Part shown: positions 1 to 12,860 of the stretch, piece after piece
Numbering within the stretch: the stretch's first letter is position 1
Layout: every line of letters begins with the position of its first letter
NCBI GenBank assembly: GCA_030704615.1
Contig: CM060732.1
Span: 30,380,001-30,444,000 of the forward strand
DNA length: 64,000 nt
Source of the DNA: Takakia lepidozioides
Lineage: Eukaryota; Plantae; Bryophyta
Reading direction: 5' to 3'
Notes under the pieces: model-generated
What the model saw: only the letters and a program-made list of their open reading frames with translations
Told to the model about the DNA's origin: nothing
Database searches by the model: none
Translations under genes and position numbers: made by a program

Positions 1-121
1 CACACTTCTATGAGTATCATTACACACCCAACAGGGACTACAAACATGAAATGTCACTTGATACTTTCACCTTTCCTCATACTCTTCTCTGGCCACAGAG
101 TCACCGTGCCTTTCACGTGTG

Positions 122-3100
122 CTAGTGTGGTCTGGGGGGGGCATCGTCCACATTTGGGCAAGGCAATGTAACACTTGGAAGCATGATCTCGTGGACTTTC
201 ACCTTGTACCACCCAGATCGAATGTCCTTGCAGTGGAACTTGTCAACCCCAGCTATTCCCACCACTTCCACCTTGGCGGCGGCTGTCTTTGACCGCTTGT
301 CATGGGGGTTCAGGAGAAACACAGGATCTGATATCTGCAGACACCAACATCAGGGTCCACTCAGCAACAAACATAGCAATGACAGGGTAAAAGTCAAGCG
401 TAGCTGGGCATGGAAACAATCTTGGTTGCCACAATACTGAATCAGCAGCCAATTCACGGTGTACCAACGTACCTTGAAGCGAAGCTCGTCGCTGAGGGTG
501 GCAACTGAGGAAAGCTGCCCACGTGTCTTCAACTGCAGTAGCAAAAAGAGGTTTAGTCAGACGGATAAGAATAACATGAACTCTGGTGGTTGCAATGGTA
601 TAAACACACCTCCACGGAGCAAGCTAACAAACACCCTACTCAGACCCTAGCACTACAACTTCCTGGCAAAAATAACCCTACTAAAAACCAGCCAGGCAAA
701 GCAAGGAGCCATGAATGCATGCCTGGGGAACCACGTCTTGCTGCGATGATGGTGCCGGGGACAGCCCACTCCTCTTGCTCACCTGCAATGAATACACATT
801 GCAACGCTTCAGGAAGTGTATCCATAAAGGAAACCAAGCAAGTAAGTTTGCGGAGAGGGGCTGGGAACAACCATACCTTGGGCGCTGCCTCCTCATGCCA
901 GGGGGGGAATCCGGAATGCTGCCGCCGTAGCACTATGGTCGTAGGCGCAGGACCCACCTTCTTCACATTCAACCCCACTGCCACTCCCTGTACATGTGGT
1001 CCCTGCAAAACATATAGTGCCAGCCTTGCGTGAGAGGGCATCCGGGGGGAACAAAACAAACATGGACTTTGGCTTCGATGTCATGTTGCAAACAGTAAGG
1101 TTAGTTTCACCTGCATGGGCGCAGAAGTACTTCCCCCAACGACCTCATCCTCTCCCACATTCAAGCTGCCAGTCGGGGTCAACTTTCGCGTGCTTGTGAA
1201 GACACGCACATCCTTGGAGCAAAACAAATCTTGGCAGTAGGGCCAGACTGTTTCTAAAAGGTAGTCTGAATCGGGCCCCTCACTGACATTGCAAGTGACA
1301 TCAAACGACAATGGATGGACCATGTTCAAAGGGGAGTTCCCCCTCCCCTTGTGTGGTGAATCATCCACTAGGAGGGTGTTGGATTTGTTAAATCCAGAAA
1401 ATTCCGACCACACCCTCGACAGTCTCTTCTGTAAGTTCTGTACGGCAGGCCCTTTTGTGGGGTGTGGCTCTGTCAAGGGGTCACACTCCTCTTGTGACCA
1501 CACAAAGAGGGGAGAACCCTTGACCCCCTGCATGACCACTTTGAAGATGTCTGCAACATTCCCCTTGGAAGCACAGGACCATATCCCAACGTAGAAATAC
1601 CGGAAGAGAAGGTTTAAAAACTCGCAGACCTGGGGCCTTGGGAAAACATACTTGTTGGTGGTCAACACCCATGGCCAATGACGCCTCGGGTTGGGCTGAA
1701 AGTTAGGAATAGAGTGGCACAGGATCCCGTTCAGGTCTAGAACAATTAGTTTTGACTTTTCTATGAAAGGAGCTTTTGAAGGGGTGTCACGGGGTCTCAC
1801 CTCAGTGGGTTGGGAGACAACAGTCACCCCGGAGGGCAAAGTTTTGGTCCTCCTGCAGCCTGGACCAGGCAAACTACCACCCTCTCCCCCTACAGCTTCC
1901 CCTTTTCCCCCATCGTCCATGTCATCCCCACCAACTTGCTGGACCTCTCCCTCTTCAACGAGTGGACCCTGCCCCCCACTGTGAATATCATCAACAACAG
2001 CCCGGACCTCTGTCACATCCCTACCCACTACAATTACTTCCTCCTTGTCAGGTACAATGGTCGCAGCAGGGGGGTCTTCCATAATGCCACCCGTCACACC
2101 CCCTTTTTGCCCCATCATGAGTTCCACTATCTTCTTCAGTTGTGCTTCCATTCCCCTCTCCCGCTCCGCAGAGAGAGCCGCAAGCCTCTCCAGGGCCCCG
2201 ATGCGGGCTGCCATTGAGTTCCCCGCTCCCTACGCATACAAACACCCACCCGTACTGTTAAAAACCAGAAGAAGAGGCCGAATGTGCAGGATTTCAGGCA
2301 TTCGGAGATGGCTAGGTTTGGCATAACACCCCTCGTGTACCATGCGTGGGGGCCCCACATACCCACCAAATCTTAGTACAACAACAGATTCATGAATGGA
2401 AACCGGACTTCAAAACATACCTGGCTCAAAACAGACTCTGATGGGGTGCCAGTCGCAGCGTTCTTGCACTCCGCCCCGAGCTCGGACAGTGACGGGCTCC
2501 GCGCTTTGCGTCTTTTCTGTATTTGCCCATCCACACACTGTCAGTACAAATGCCAGGAGCATATGGACAAAGCACTGCCCTGCATATCACATAACAACTA
2601 ATTCTGCACAAGCAATAAAACCCACTCGTGGGTGTCTCTTCCATCAGAACATGCCACAACGTAAGAGCAATGAGAAGGGGGTGAGAGAGATTACCAAACG
2701 GGCTGCTTGGCCTGCAACTCCTGCCCGGCCCCAATGCGAGGGGTTCGTGACACAAGCACGCGCTTGCTTCATCCCTTCAGCCTTTGCAAGTCCACGAGGG
2801 GACTCCCAGTAGGCAACAAGCTTATCCCAATAGGCGGGTTCAGTGTTCATTGGCCTCACACCAGTCTTCGCCCATTTATCTTTCAGTTTTGCTCTTTCTC
2901 CTTTCATTATCTTCCCACATTGCTTCACTATAAAATCACGATTGGCAGGGATAGGTGTGTACTCGTACATTCCATTTATGCCCTCTATTACTGTTGACAT
3001 GGCACTCTGGGACTGCTGGTCAATGTCTTGTACGCTTGAGTCAAGGTAACGCAATGCCAGGCCACGCAAATCACGCTGCCAGTGTTCCTTACCTTCGCAG

Positions 3101-5740
3101 CCAGCATTGATGACTCCATTTCCATGCACCTCCACCTTGTGGCGCTTTAGCCCTGCAGCCACCCTTCCCTCTCCATCTCCTTCCCATTGTTTCATGGCAT
3201 GACGTCGTTCCTTCCTCAGCTCTGATGTCCGTTTCCTGCCCCCATGCTCTGGAGCAGCGCCGTCATACGTTGTGGGGGGTGACTGATGTGTGCCGGAGGG
3301 GGGAGGGCCGTATGGAGATGTGGGAGGCCCCCATTGTGACGTGGCAACATCAGGAAGCCAGCGCCACGACCCCGAAGCAGGGGGGGCTCCCCATGGTGCA
3401 CTCTGTTGTGGAGACCATCCGGCAGGGGGTGGGTGCCAAGGTTGGTGTTGGTTGGCATTGTGTGGTGGCTGTGAGTGCTTTGCTGCAGCTTCACTCCCCT
3501 TCCGTGCCAAAAACATCCCACACACAAGGTGCATCAGCTGTAGTCCTACTGAACACAACGTCACCAGAGCACAAACCATCCCACAACCACAACTATGGAT
3601 TGGCTGACCTCAAACCCACTCCCCTGCAGCGCAAGTGCCAAAAACTGAAAAGGAGAGGGACAGAATGTCCTCATAACATGTAAGCCCATTCATTGGTGAA
3701 GAAACAGAATGTGGGCGGGTTCACATCAGTACCACATGAAACTTACCAGGAAACAGAACATCCATCCGGGTTTTGCACATATCCAGTGGACATCTATTCA
3801 CACAATCAGCAAATGGCTGTATGGCGGAGCCCAGCAACGGAGCCCCAAAAGGCCTAAAGACTCTCAATGTTGGTAAACACAGGTGCAGACACAATTCAAT
3901 TGAAAGGATATTGCAGACCTAGCCTCGTTGGAGTTATCAACGCATATAGCAAATGCGTACTCCAACGCAGGTGCAATGACGTGACAAAGCAACATTTCCT
4001 TGACCTAAAAACTAGTCCCTCTGCACACAGTGGTAGACCTGAAGGTTTTTCCACGATGTCCTCCCCCATGACACAAATTGAAAACATGTTCAGGGATGTT
4101 TTCTGCCTAACTTCATTTTCTGCCCAATCAGATCTCCTCTACGCTGATGATGTTGCCCTTTTGGCACAATCCCCGGTCTTTCTGCAACGCCATATCAAAA
4201 TTTTGGAACAGTTCTGCAAAGACTATGGGATGCAAGTCAATCTTAGCAAGACCAAGATCATGGTCTTCAATGGCCAGGCTGATCGTAGATTCATCTTCAA
4301 CCAGCAGGAAATTGAGATTGTCAAATCATACCGGTACCTAGGTCTGGTTATCCACTCCCCCAAGTTTCACTTTGCAGCCACTGCCTTGGACAGATTGACT
4401 AAAGGTAAGGCGGCCTCCGTCCGCCTTCACGCAAAATGCAAGCAAATACATCTGCGGCATCCCCCGACCAAAAAGTGGTTGTTTGACACCGTTGTCAGCC
4501 CTGCTACCATCAATGGTTGTGAGTTCTGGGCACCTGGTGTCCCTGTCTCCTGGTGGGAAAAGAATTTGGAACCATTACAGTCATCTTTTCTCCAAGCAAT
4601 GCTTGGCGCCAGGAGCACAACTCCATCTCATCCTAGGTGCAAGTTCGCATGTGTACCATTGCAATCCGAGGCACAGTTCAGGCTTACAATCTTTCTCCAT
4701 AGATTGCAGGCCCTTCCACCCAAAGGGCTAGTGGCAAGGGCCCTCACAACATCTATGAGGCTCAAAGCTGCAGGTTTCGGGAACTCCTGGTATGCTCGAG
4801 TGGACAGTTTATTGAAACGTAACGGACTTTCTACTGCTTTCCTATTACCAATGAACCCACATGAGGTGGACATCACATCCAGACATGACCGCAACAGACT
4901 CATTCGGAGAGAGCTTATGGAATTACATGTCAAGAGAACTTGGATGCTACCCAATCTCACAACAAAGCTCCACTTCTATCGAGAGACATTCTTGGTGCTC
5001 CGCGATGATAGAATCTTCAGACCAAATTACCTTTCAGCACCCTTACCTCCTTCCCTCTTGAGGGCATTGGGGCGGTTCAGGGTGGGTTCCCACAACCTAC
5101 GGATAGAGACTGGCAGATGGGAAAACCTGCAACGGGAGGACCGCCTATGTCCAGCTTGCATAGGGCGCAGCAAGGAAATTGAAACTGAAGAACACTTCTT
5201 CTTCTACTGCCCTGTATACTACGAGATCCGTTTGAACAACTTTGTGGATATGTGCATCCCAGTTTCAGTTTCAGGAGAACTCAACGCCCAGAAAACAAGA
5301 ACACAAGTAGGGGTAGAACTCACCTCATGCGCAGCGGTTTTGTGCCGTTTGCGCACCTTTTGGAGAGACTCTGCAGATGGAGGTGCAATTTCCTCCGAAC
5401 TGTCCTCCACCTCATCGTCGTCGCCCATGCTATACTCGCTTGTGTCAAAATCCGAACTCGAAGACCGCCCACCGCTCTGCCTTCCCTCTCGCACCGACGC
5501 CATCTGTACCGGATTCAGTCGAGCCAGGCGGGGGCTCCTTCGCACCGCGGGGCTGGAATGTGCAGAAGTGGGAGGAGGTGATGCTGCCTCGGCGGTCGAG
5601 CGCTTCTTACTAGGCGTGGACATAGACCATGACAAAGATGAAGACGAGCGAGGACATAGACCATGACCAAGACAAAGACGAGCGAGGAAGACCAAGACAT
5701 GCAAAGGAGGAAAGAAGGACAAGGAGGGGAGTGTGATCAC
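122..5740 (-). CDS. Multi-exon CACTA accessory (TnpA/TNP1-like) gene, approximate span
   Basis: Minus-strand ORFs 5219-5740, 2644-3579 (Ptta/En/Spm-like 'YWDKLVAYWESP...MKQARACV..PSHWGRAG'), 1081-2214, 640-1059 and 122-322 (TNP1-like C-terminus 'GWYKVKVHEIMLPSVTLPCP'). Exon chaining is inferred. Confidence 0.55.
1081..2214 (-). CDS. Exon encoding an FCP1/NIF-like HAD phosphatase domain
   Basis: 'KLIVLDLNGIL', 'FPRPQVCEFL', 'VGIWS', 'LFVWSQEEC', 'KRLSRVW', 'NTLLVDDSPHKG..N' match the FCP1-homology (NIF) motif order. Confidence 0.8.
   Translation of the reverse strand: MAARIGALERLAALSAERERGMEAQLKKIVELMMGQKGGVTGGIMEDPPAATIVPDKEEVIVVGRDVTEVRAVVDDIHSGGQGPLVEEGEVQQVGGDDMDDGGKGEAVGGEGGSLPGPGCRRTKTLPSGVTVVSQPTEVRPRDTPSKAPFIEKSKLIVLDLNGILCHSIPNFQPNPRRHWPWVLTTNKYVFPRPQVCEFLNLLFRYFYVGIWSCASKGNVADIFKVVMQGVKGSPLFVWSQEECDPLTEPHPTKGPAVQNLQKRLSRVWSEFSGFNKSNTLLVDDSPHKGRGNSPLNMVHPLSFDVTCNVSEGPDSDYLLETVWPYCQDLFCSKDVRVFTSTRKLTPTGSLNVGEDEVVGGSTSAPMQVKLTLLFAT
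4135..5228 (+). mobile_element. Internal fragment of a non-LTR retrotransposon (RTE-X/L2-like RT C-terminal half)
   Basis: 'LLYADDVALLA', 'YRYLG', 'RFRVGSHNLRIETGRW', 'RLCPAC...ETEEHFFFYCPVY' within ORF 3867-5666. Truncated at both ends. Confidence 0.8.
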
Positions 5741-7333
5741 ACACCCCCCCGATCTGTAGTGAAGATCCGGCCGTTGTTGATTTCAAATATGAACACGTGT
5801 CGTGCATCCGACACTATGGCCTTTTCGACTTTGAGACGTTAAACCCTAAACCACTTACAATCCTCCAGACAACTAGATGTAGTGATTCACACAACTGACA
5901 TGGATCCGTTAACTTTTTTTCGTTCAAAATTAGGCGAAGGAAACACACTGCAATGATGCCGTGTATGGCTCCGCTTTACATGCATTCTTGGAGAAAATGC
6001 GCATGATGTGTGAGAAGTGAACACAGTGCTCTGCCAAATGATTCAGCAAAAACAAACTCAACTGTAGTGGTTCTCCCATCGCAGAGAAGGGTCCATTCGA
6101 CACCCATCGCACCATGCCAGGTTGAGGTCCTCACACACACACCTACACACCGAGAATTTGCGAACCCACATCAGCTGGGAGAACATGGAAATTACCCCGT
6201 GGATCACATGCAAGCATGAATGAGAAATGGGTTTATGTTACATGGGAGATTTTGGTGTACCTGCGCGACATGCAACTCTGTCTACATACTCCATAAGTCG
6301 CTGTCCCAAGACCCAAGTGGACAGGGGAGGCCGGTGAGTCTGTACCACAAATGGTAATCATACAACAGAGGGTACTGCTGCCCAACGTGCAAAAGCCGCC
6401 GGCTGCAGGATGCTAGGCATGCGAACTCGGGCACAACACGCCTCCTCTGCACCCCACTCCGTCCCAACCAGTGCAAAACAACCGTGCATGCATTGACTGC
6501 CCTCTGGCTTTCTCTCCAGGCATTTGGGGGTCTGCGATCTGCTACACGTAAGTGTCTTTGAATGCGACGATCAAAGGATCCGGTCACTTGCAGTTGCCGT
6601 CTCAAGGGCAGCATTGCAAGAATCAGAATTAAGTAAGAAAGATGGTGGAAGAAGCTGCAAACAGCAAATGAGTGAAGTGGCAGGGCGATGCTCCATTTTT
6701 AACATGCTCCCCTTCCCGCCATGGTGATAGAGCCACACAAATGGACTCCCTTCCCGCCACGGTGCAATTTCACGGCAACGGAACGGGATTGTCCGCCGAA
6801 ACGTGATTTGGAGATGGCCTAAGACAAGTGGCGCAGGTTCTGGCCTTGTAGTCAGGTTGTTCACACTTCAATGCACACATTTCATACACATTCAACCATA
6901 TGCCCAAGATCACAACGTCGTCAATCGTGAAAATTGAAATTCCACGTACGTCCTCCGATTCCTCACACACACACGAACTGTAGAGACAGGTCGTTTTCCA
7001 GGATGTCGTTGTTTGAGTCGATTTTGGTCATTTCTCTCAGTGTCTTGTTGAAAAGATTCTAGTTATGATGGGAAGCATTGTGATGGCTTTTAAATGGTTT
7101 GCTGTTGAGTTAACTTTTCATCATGTTGTGGAATCTACCGGTTGGTATAAAATGTCAACTGTCTTCTCTTCCAAAGGATGTGCGGCTGAACCTTTCAAAT
7201 TGAGATTGCAGGAGGAGGGAATTGACGGTAGTGAAATGGGAGTGGCAGAGCCAAATTGAGGAATCTTGCAAAGGAGAATCCGGCCCCCTGCAACGGCGTG
7301 CACAAACAGCATTGAAGAGGCTCCCCAACAAAA

Positions 7334-10263
7334 ATGAGTTCCCCTCGCCCATGCGGAGGACTTCCAATTAATCACCCCTATAGACAGAACACCCGAGATG
7401 ACAGGTTGTGGGAAAGAGAAGTGGCACGTGCCCGAGCCCTTGGGCTTTCAAGGATGCCATGCCCATGTGAATGTTGTTTGGGCACTACAAGTAGATCTGA
7501 GGACGGTGTGCGCACACATCTCCTTCACCACAAAAGACATGAAGCATTTCGGGTGTGGATTGGAGATGGACCTGCAGACGAAGACGATGAGGAGTGGGCA
7601 CAATTGGACAATGCACACCCCCGAGGGAGCCATACAGACAGGCCAGACGAGGACTATGTCATGGGCGCAGGACATGAACCAGGCATGGACGGAGGGGTGG
7701 AGATTACTCGAATGTTGCAAGAAGCATTCCACATCATGGACGATGCTGAAGAGGGGGACGGCGCTGCGACAACTGGGGATGGTGATGACGTAGGAAATGA
7801 AGGCATTCACGTGGGGGAAGGCGTGGAAGGAGGTGGAGATGGAGAATTGAATTCTGCACACATGACACTAGAAGAAGCATGTGTGCCACTGTACGAGGGA
7901 TGCAAATCCACAAAGCTTGTGCCACCATGCTGTTGATGAACCTGTGCACAACCCACGGTGTCTCAGACCATTTTGTGGACGAGTTGTTCTCTTTGCTTCG
8001 GCTGAACTTGCTTCCACAACCAAATGAAATGCCAAAAAAGCTGTCACATGGCCAACCAAATGATTGGGAAGCTCGGCCTCAACTACGTGAAAATACATGC
8101 ATGTCCAAAAGGACATGTACTTTTCAGAAGAGAGTACAAGGATGCTATGGAGTGCCCCAAATGCGGTGCGATACCATGATGTGGGCAGGTTACAACAGCC
8201 AGCCAAGGTGTTGAGGCACTGTCCCCTTATCCCCCGTCTATTACGAATGTACAAATGCAAGACCATTAGTGAGCTCATGACTTGGCATTCCAGGAATGCC
8301 TCAAACGATGGTTTGGTAAGGCATGTCCCAGATTTCCCTTGCATGGAAGCATATAGATGCAACTTGGCCCGATTTTGCGAGGACCCACGCAATGTGCGAT
8401 TGGCTGTATCTACGGATGGAGTAAACCCATACGGATCAAAGAGTTGCACATGGTCCACATGGCCGGTGCAGTTGGTGGCATACAACCTGCCACCATGGTT
8501 GACAACAAATAAATTCTTTGTCATGTTGTCTCTCTTGATTCCAGGCAAGGAGTCCGTGACAAATGCAAACATAGATGTGTATTTGCAACCATTGATTGAA
8601 GAGCTACATGAACTATGGATTGGAGTTGAAGCTTACGACATTTTGAAACCAGTAGGGCAACGGAGTTTCACCCTCCGTGCCATACTCATGTGGTCAATCC
8701 ACGATTTCCCCGCATATGGCCTTGTTGCGGGTTGCAAGACGAATGGCTACAAAGGGTGCCCCATTTGTGGGCCCTATGTGGATTCACGGCACTCAAAGCC
8801 ACTAGGGAAGACAATATACATGGGGCATCGACGTTACCTTGCAAGAAACCACCCCTACCGACGAGCAGGAAGGCACTTCAATGGATGTGTTGAAAAGAGA
8901 ATGGCACCAAATGCTGTGACGCCGGAGGAGACATTGCAATTTGCAAAGGAGAAAGAGGCGTTCATGGAGATTGGAGGGAGAGACGGAAGTAGTGCGGATC
9001 CAGCCATGGAGCACGGGGTGAAGCGCCGGACAATCCTTTGGGATTTGCCATACTGGAAGGTGCATGAATCCCCCCCCCCCCCCTTCACTCACTTTCTTTC
9101 ACATTGTGCTTCCTGGAATTACCTTTACTATCAGGAGTCCTTCCACCAACTCCTAAGTCAGTGTAACTACTATGCAGTAGATGTTGAAGTCGTACACCTC
9201 ACTGTGGAGAGGATCGTGGAGTTGTTGAAAGCAGAATGTAGTAACATGGACAACTTTTGCCACATATTCTACTTTTTTGCCCATAGAACTTGGTCTCATG
9301 GGAGGACATTTGGCATTTCAGAACCTCTTGCAGCGGTACCTCCTGGACCCCATGCATTGTGAGAAGAACTTCTGCGGGAACATTCTGAAGACTATCTTTG
9401 GGGAGAAGGATACGATAAACGTACGAAAGGACATGGAGATTGAAGGGATACGGTCACATCTATGGCTAAGGCATGATCCAAATAGACCAGGCAAAGTCCT
9501 CATGCTAGCAGCATCATACGTCCTGACCAAATCAGAGCAAGAGGATTTTTTGAAGACATTGGGAGCCATGAAAGTGCCAACCGGATTCTCGGGTGCTTTC
9601 CAAAAGCATGCCATAAACAAGAAATGGTCGGGGATGAAGTCACATGATCTACACGTGATGATGCAACAGATTTTGCCAGTGTGCATTCGGGGTACGATGG
9701 CGCTAGGTCCTCGAACAGCCATAATGCGTGTAAGTCGAGTGTTTAGGAAGATTTGTGCGAAGGTGTGGGATCCGAGGGACATTACATCGTTGCATGAGGA
9801 TGTGGCTATGACCCTATGTTTGCTGGAGAAAGAATTCCCTCCATCATTCTTTGACGTCATGACGCACTTGCTAGTGCATCTTGTAGAGGAGTTGCATGTG
9901 TGTGGGCCCGTAGCCAGCCGGTGGATGTACCCCATGGAGAGGTACATGAAGGATCTGAAGGGGTATGTACGCAACATGGCACGGCCAGAGGGGAGTATGG
10001 CGGAGGGCTACATCCGCGACGAAGCCCTGGGCTTCATGACAGAGTATATGTCTTCATTTGATGCAATACAACGACGGGTGTGGGACAAGAACGAGGAAGA
10101 AGGAGTTGTAGGCGAGGTCCTAGAAGGTGGTGGAACAAAGCGTGCCATGAGCCCGCGCCTTCGGGATGTGGCACATGATTATGTGATGGTCTTTGTATGC
10201 TGGAATTACATATATATTGTCACAAGTCATTCCGGCCACTATGGGAGTGGGATCGTGTACTAA
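7334..10263 (+). pseudogene. CACTA Tnp2 transposase (transposase-associated domain, Transposase_21, DUF4218), frameshifted
   Basis: 'CPCECC...HL', 'RLAVSTDGVNPY', 'STWPV..YNLPPW', 'WSIHDFPAYG', 'DPMHCEKN', 'MKSHDLHV', 'FPPSFFDVMTHL', 'RWMYPMERYM...PEGSMAEGY' across ORFs 7334, 7879, 8097 and 9277. Confidence 0.92.
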
Positions 10264-10610
10264 CAGGGTGCTTCAGACGACTACAGAGGGTGTTTCGTAG
10301 ATCTTGGTTGTTGCTTGCAAGTGATTATGAAGTAGGCTGCATCACTACAGTGTGCTTGAAAGGACACACACTCTGCATGTGGCATGCATGTACAGCACGG
10401 TGTTGGTCAGGGGGACTGAGTTGCAGCTTCTATTTGGTTTCTGCCAGAAAGTATGCAGCGGAGAAGATCCGCCTGAAAACGGAACGGAGTGCATTTGCAA
10501 AAGCATGGCGGAGGGGCGGTCGTAGGTGCAGATCCCCGGTGGATTACCCCACAAGTGGTTCCCGGAGTGGTCGCGGACATGCAGTCGAATCGGAAAAGAC
10601 ACGAATGCTT

Positions 10611-12860
10611 CTAGTGTTTGGTAGACTGTTGCATCCAGGCGTTGTGAACAGTCTCCGCCAAATTACAGGATGGCATGTCGGCCAAGTCCTCCAAGGACAT
10701 GTCCTGCAGGAGGCATTGCATGCAAATGTGAGGAACGAAAGGAAATGGAAGAGGTTCTGCAAGTGACAATCCAACAACCCCAAACAAACAGGCACGATGC
10801 AAAGTGAAATTTGTGTTTCTGGGATTGAAGAGGCTTACCGTCGTCATGAAAGCTCCCCACTGTCTGTACCTGAAGTGCCAGAAAACCAACCAGTCCTCCA
10901 ACTCCTTCAGGTGGATACCAGTAGCAGCACCAGAGGAGAACCACCAAGCCCAGATTGCTTGGTAAGTGCTCTCAGCTTCTCCCATTGAGGTGACATTTTT
11001 GTACTTGAGGCAGAGCCTTCTGTGCTCCAACTGGAGGTCAGGGCAAATGCAGTGCTTTGTATGACGTGCCAGAGATTGACTCCAATGGAAGAGGCATGTG
11101 CGCTCCCTATTTTCCATTGGGACTTTAGGATCCCCCGAACCAAACACACGCCGCACTGCATTGAAATTTGCCTGTGCACTATCAGCCATGAAGCCCGCAA
11201 AATTTGTGTTCTGCACTCCATTGCGCTGCATGACGGCCAGGAGCGAATTCCACATGAGCATCTGGGATTCAGTGTCCTCCGACTGCATATCACAAATTGC
11301 TATGGAGAGCACACGCTGGTATGCTGGATCGTACATATGGCACGCCATGGTTGTCCAACCCTTCACCCATTTGCAGTGATCAAACATTAACCAACATTTA
11401 GACAAAAGTCCTCCAGGTTACATTCGGCGGACTATGCTCACACCACTGTCTTTGCCCACTGTGGACATCTTGAACAAATACATCTTGGACGAGCCCTGGC
11501 CAGGGAAGATACTGTTTTGAATGAATTCATAGCAACTCCTCCGTTTGAGGTCCATAATGTTGTCCATGAATCCAACACTGCCTGTGCCCATTCTGAGTGC
11601 ATTCACCTGGTTTCGAATATTGGGAGAGCTCAACACAGAGAAATGGTCCATCACTGCATCAAGCGAATCTGCATCCAGCATTGGTTGTGTTGCATCCCCT
11701 TCACCCAGTATGTGTTTTTCCAGGAATGCCTTGCTAGCTGCAAGCGCTATAGTAGAAGGTGTTGCACAAGGGGCATTGTGGAACTCCTGCTTCAGCAGAT
11801 TTCTAGCGATGTCCACGCTATCCCTGCAACTTCTTTTTGACACAGGATGCTCGTGTGTACCCATATGAATGCAGGCACGAGTCACTGTCTTGCATCGGTG
11901 TGCCACCTGGTACATACGAGTGTGGCACACAGAAACACAAGACGGGGAAAGTTTGCAGAACCTGCACACAAAAGTATTGGTCTTGGGAGGGGCAATCCCT
12001 GGGGTGAAAGGATTCAGGGGCACACCTTCCCACTCACTTTCGTTTGGTTTAGCGTTGTTTCTCAGGCAAGGGCAGGAAATATTCACGCACTTGCAATGCC
12101 CAACGCAAACCGACCTTCGAAATTTCAATCCAATGTCGTTGTGGATGTTCGATGTTTTTGTCCTGCACCAAGGGTGCCCGTCATGTTTTTTGTCCATGCC
12201 CTGCAGAAGCCCAGCTAGTCCACTGGAAGACGTGGGAGGGTTGAGCTCGAACCAGATGTCCCCATTAAACTCTGCTGGCACATATTGAACCCGCTGCACC
12301 CGAAGGGACTCCCAATCAACAAAACACAGCTCGCTCTTGCACCCAGACACCCCTGCGAGGGCTTTCAATTTTGGAATGACACTCGTTATCTCTTGCAATT
12401 CGTCATCATCCAAGAATGGAGTCTGCACTGGCGGAGGAATCTCAGAAACATCCTCCGAGGATGAGTCTGAAACAGTCATGAATGTGGTGGATGTCCTCAC
12501 CTCTCGTTTCACATAAACTGGGCCCTTCTGCTGCACGACCGATGCTGCGGTGCCAGGGGTAAGTACTGATCCTGCTGATTGTCTTATCTATTTTCCAAGG
12601 ACGCGGTATGTGCCTGGAATGACTCTCCACTTCCTTCCACACTCGCCAACCAATGGTCCCTCCAAGTGCCCAAAATCCAAATTCTCATCCTTGTCATACA
12701 CCTCTTTTTGAACAAGCAGAGAACCCAATTCCAGAGGGAACATTGTAACCAACTCATCCTCATGAACAACTGCAAACCCATCGTCATCTGCAGTGGCTGT
12801 CAGTGGAAGACTACCTGCATTGGAATGAAATCGAGCGAGTCTATCTCCCTCTCTGGACAT
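10611..12860 (-). pseudogene. Mutator-superfamily (MULE-type) DDE transposase, disrupted and 3'-truncated
   Basis: 'MFDH..GWTTMACH.YD' (D1), 'FMADSAQAN' (D2), CxxH 'CLFHW' and 'NLAETVHN' (E). Upstream Cys/His-rich ORF 11418-12536. Confidence 0.75.

Larger units (their letters stand above)
1..10600. mobile_element. Degraded CACTA/EnSpm DNA transposon (left end outside window, right end truncated)
   Basis: Tnp2-type transposase on + (7334-10263) and a divergent multi-exon TnpA/TNP1-like gene on - (122-5740). No CACTA termini found. Confidence 0.8.

Noticed and set aside
3867-5666. 599-aa ORF as a real gene
   Set aside because: It is a chimera of a LINE fragment and the antisense of a CACTA exon.
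5930-7330. Additional Cys-rich gene between the two CACTA genes
   Set aside because: Only short stop-interrupted frames were found and no family could be recognised.
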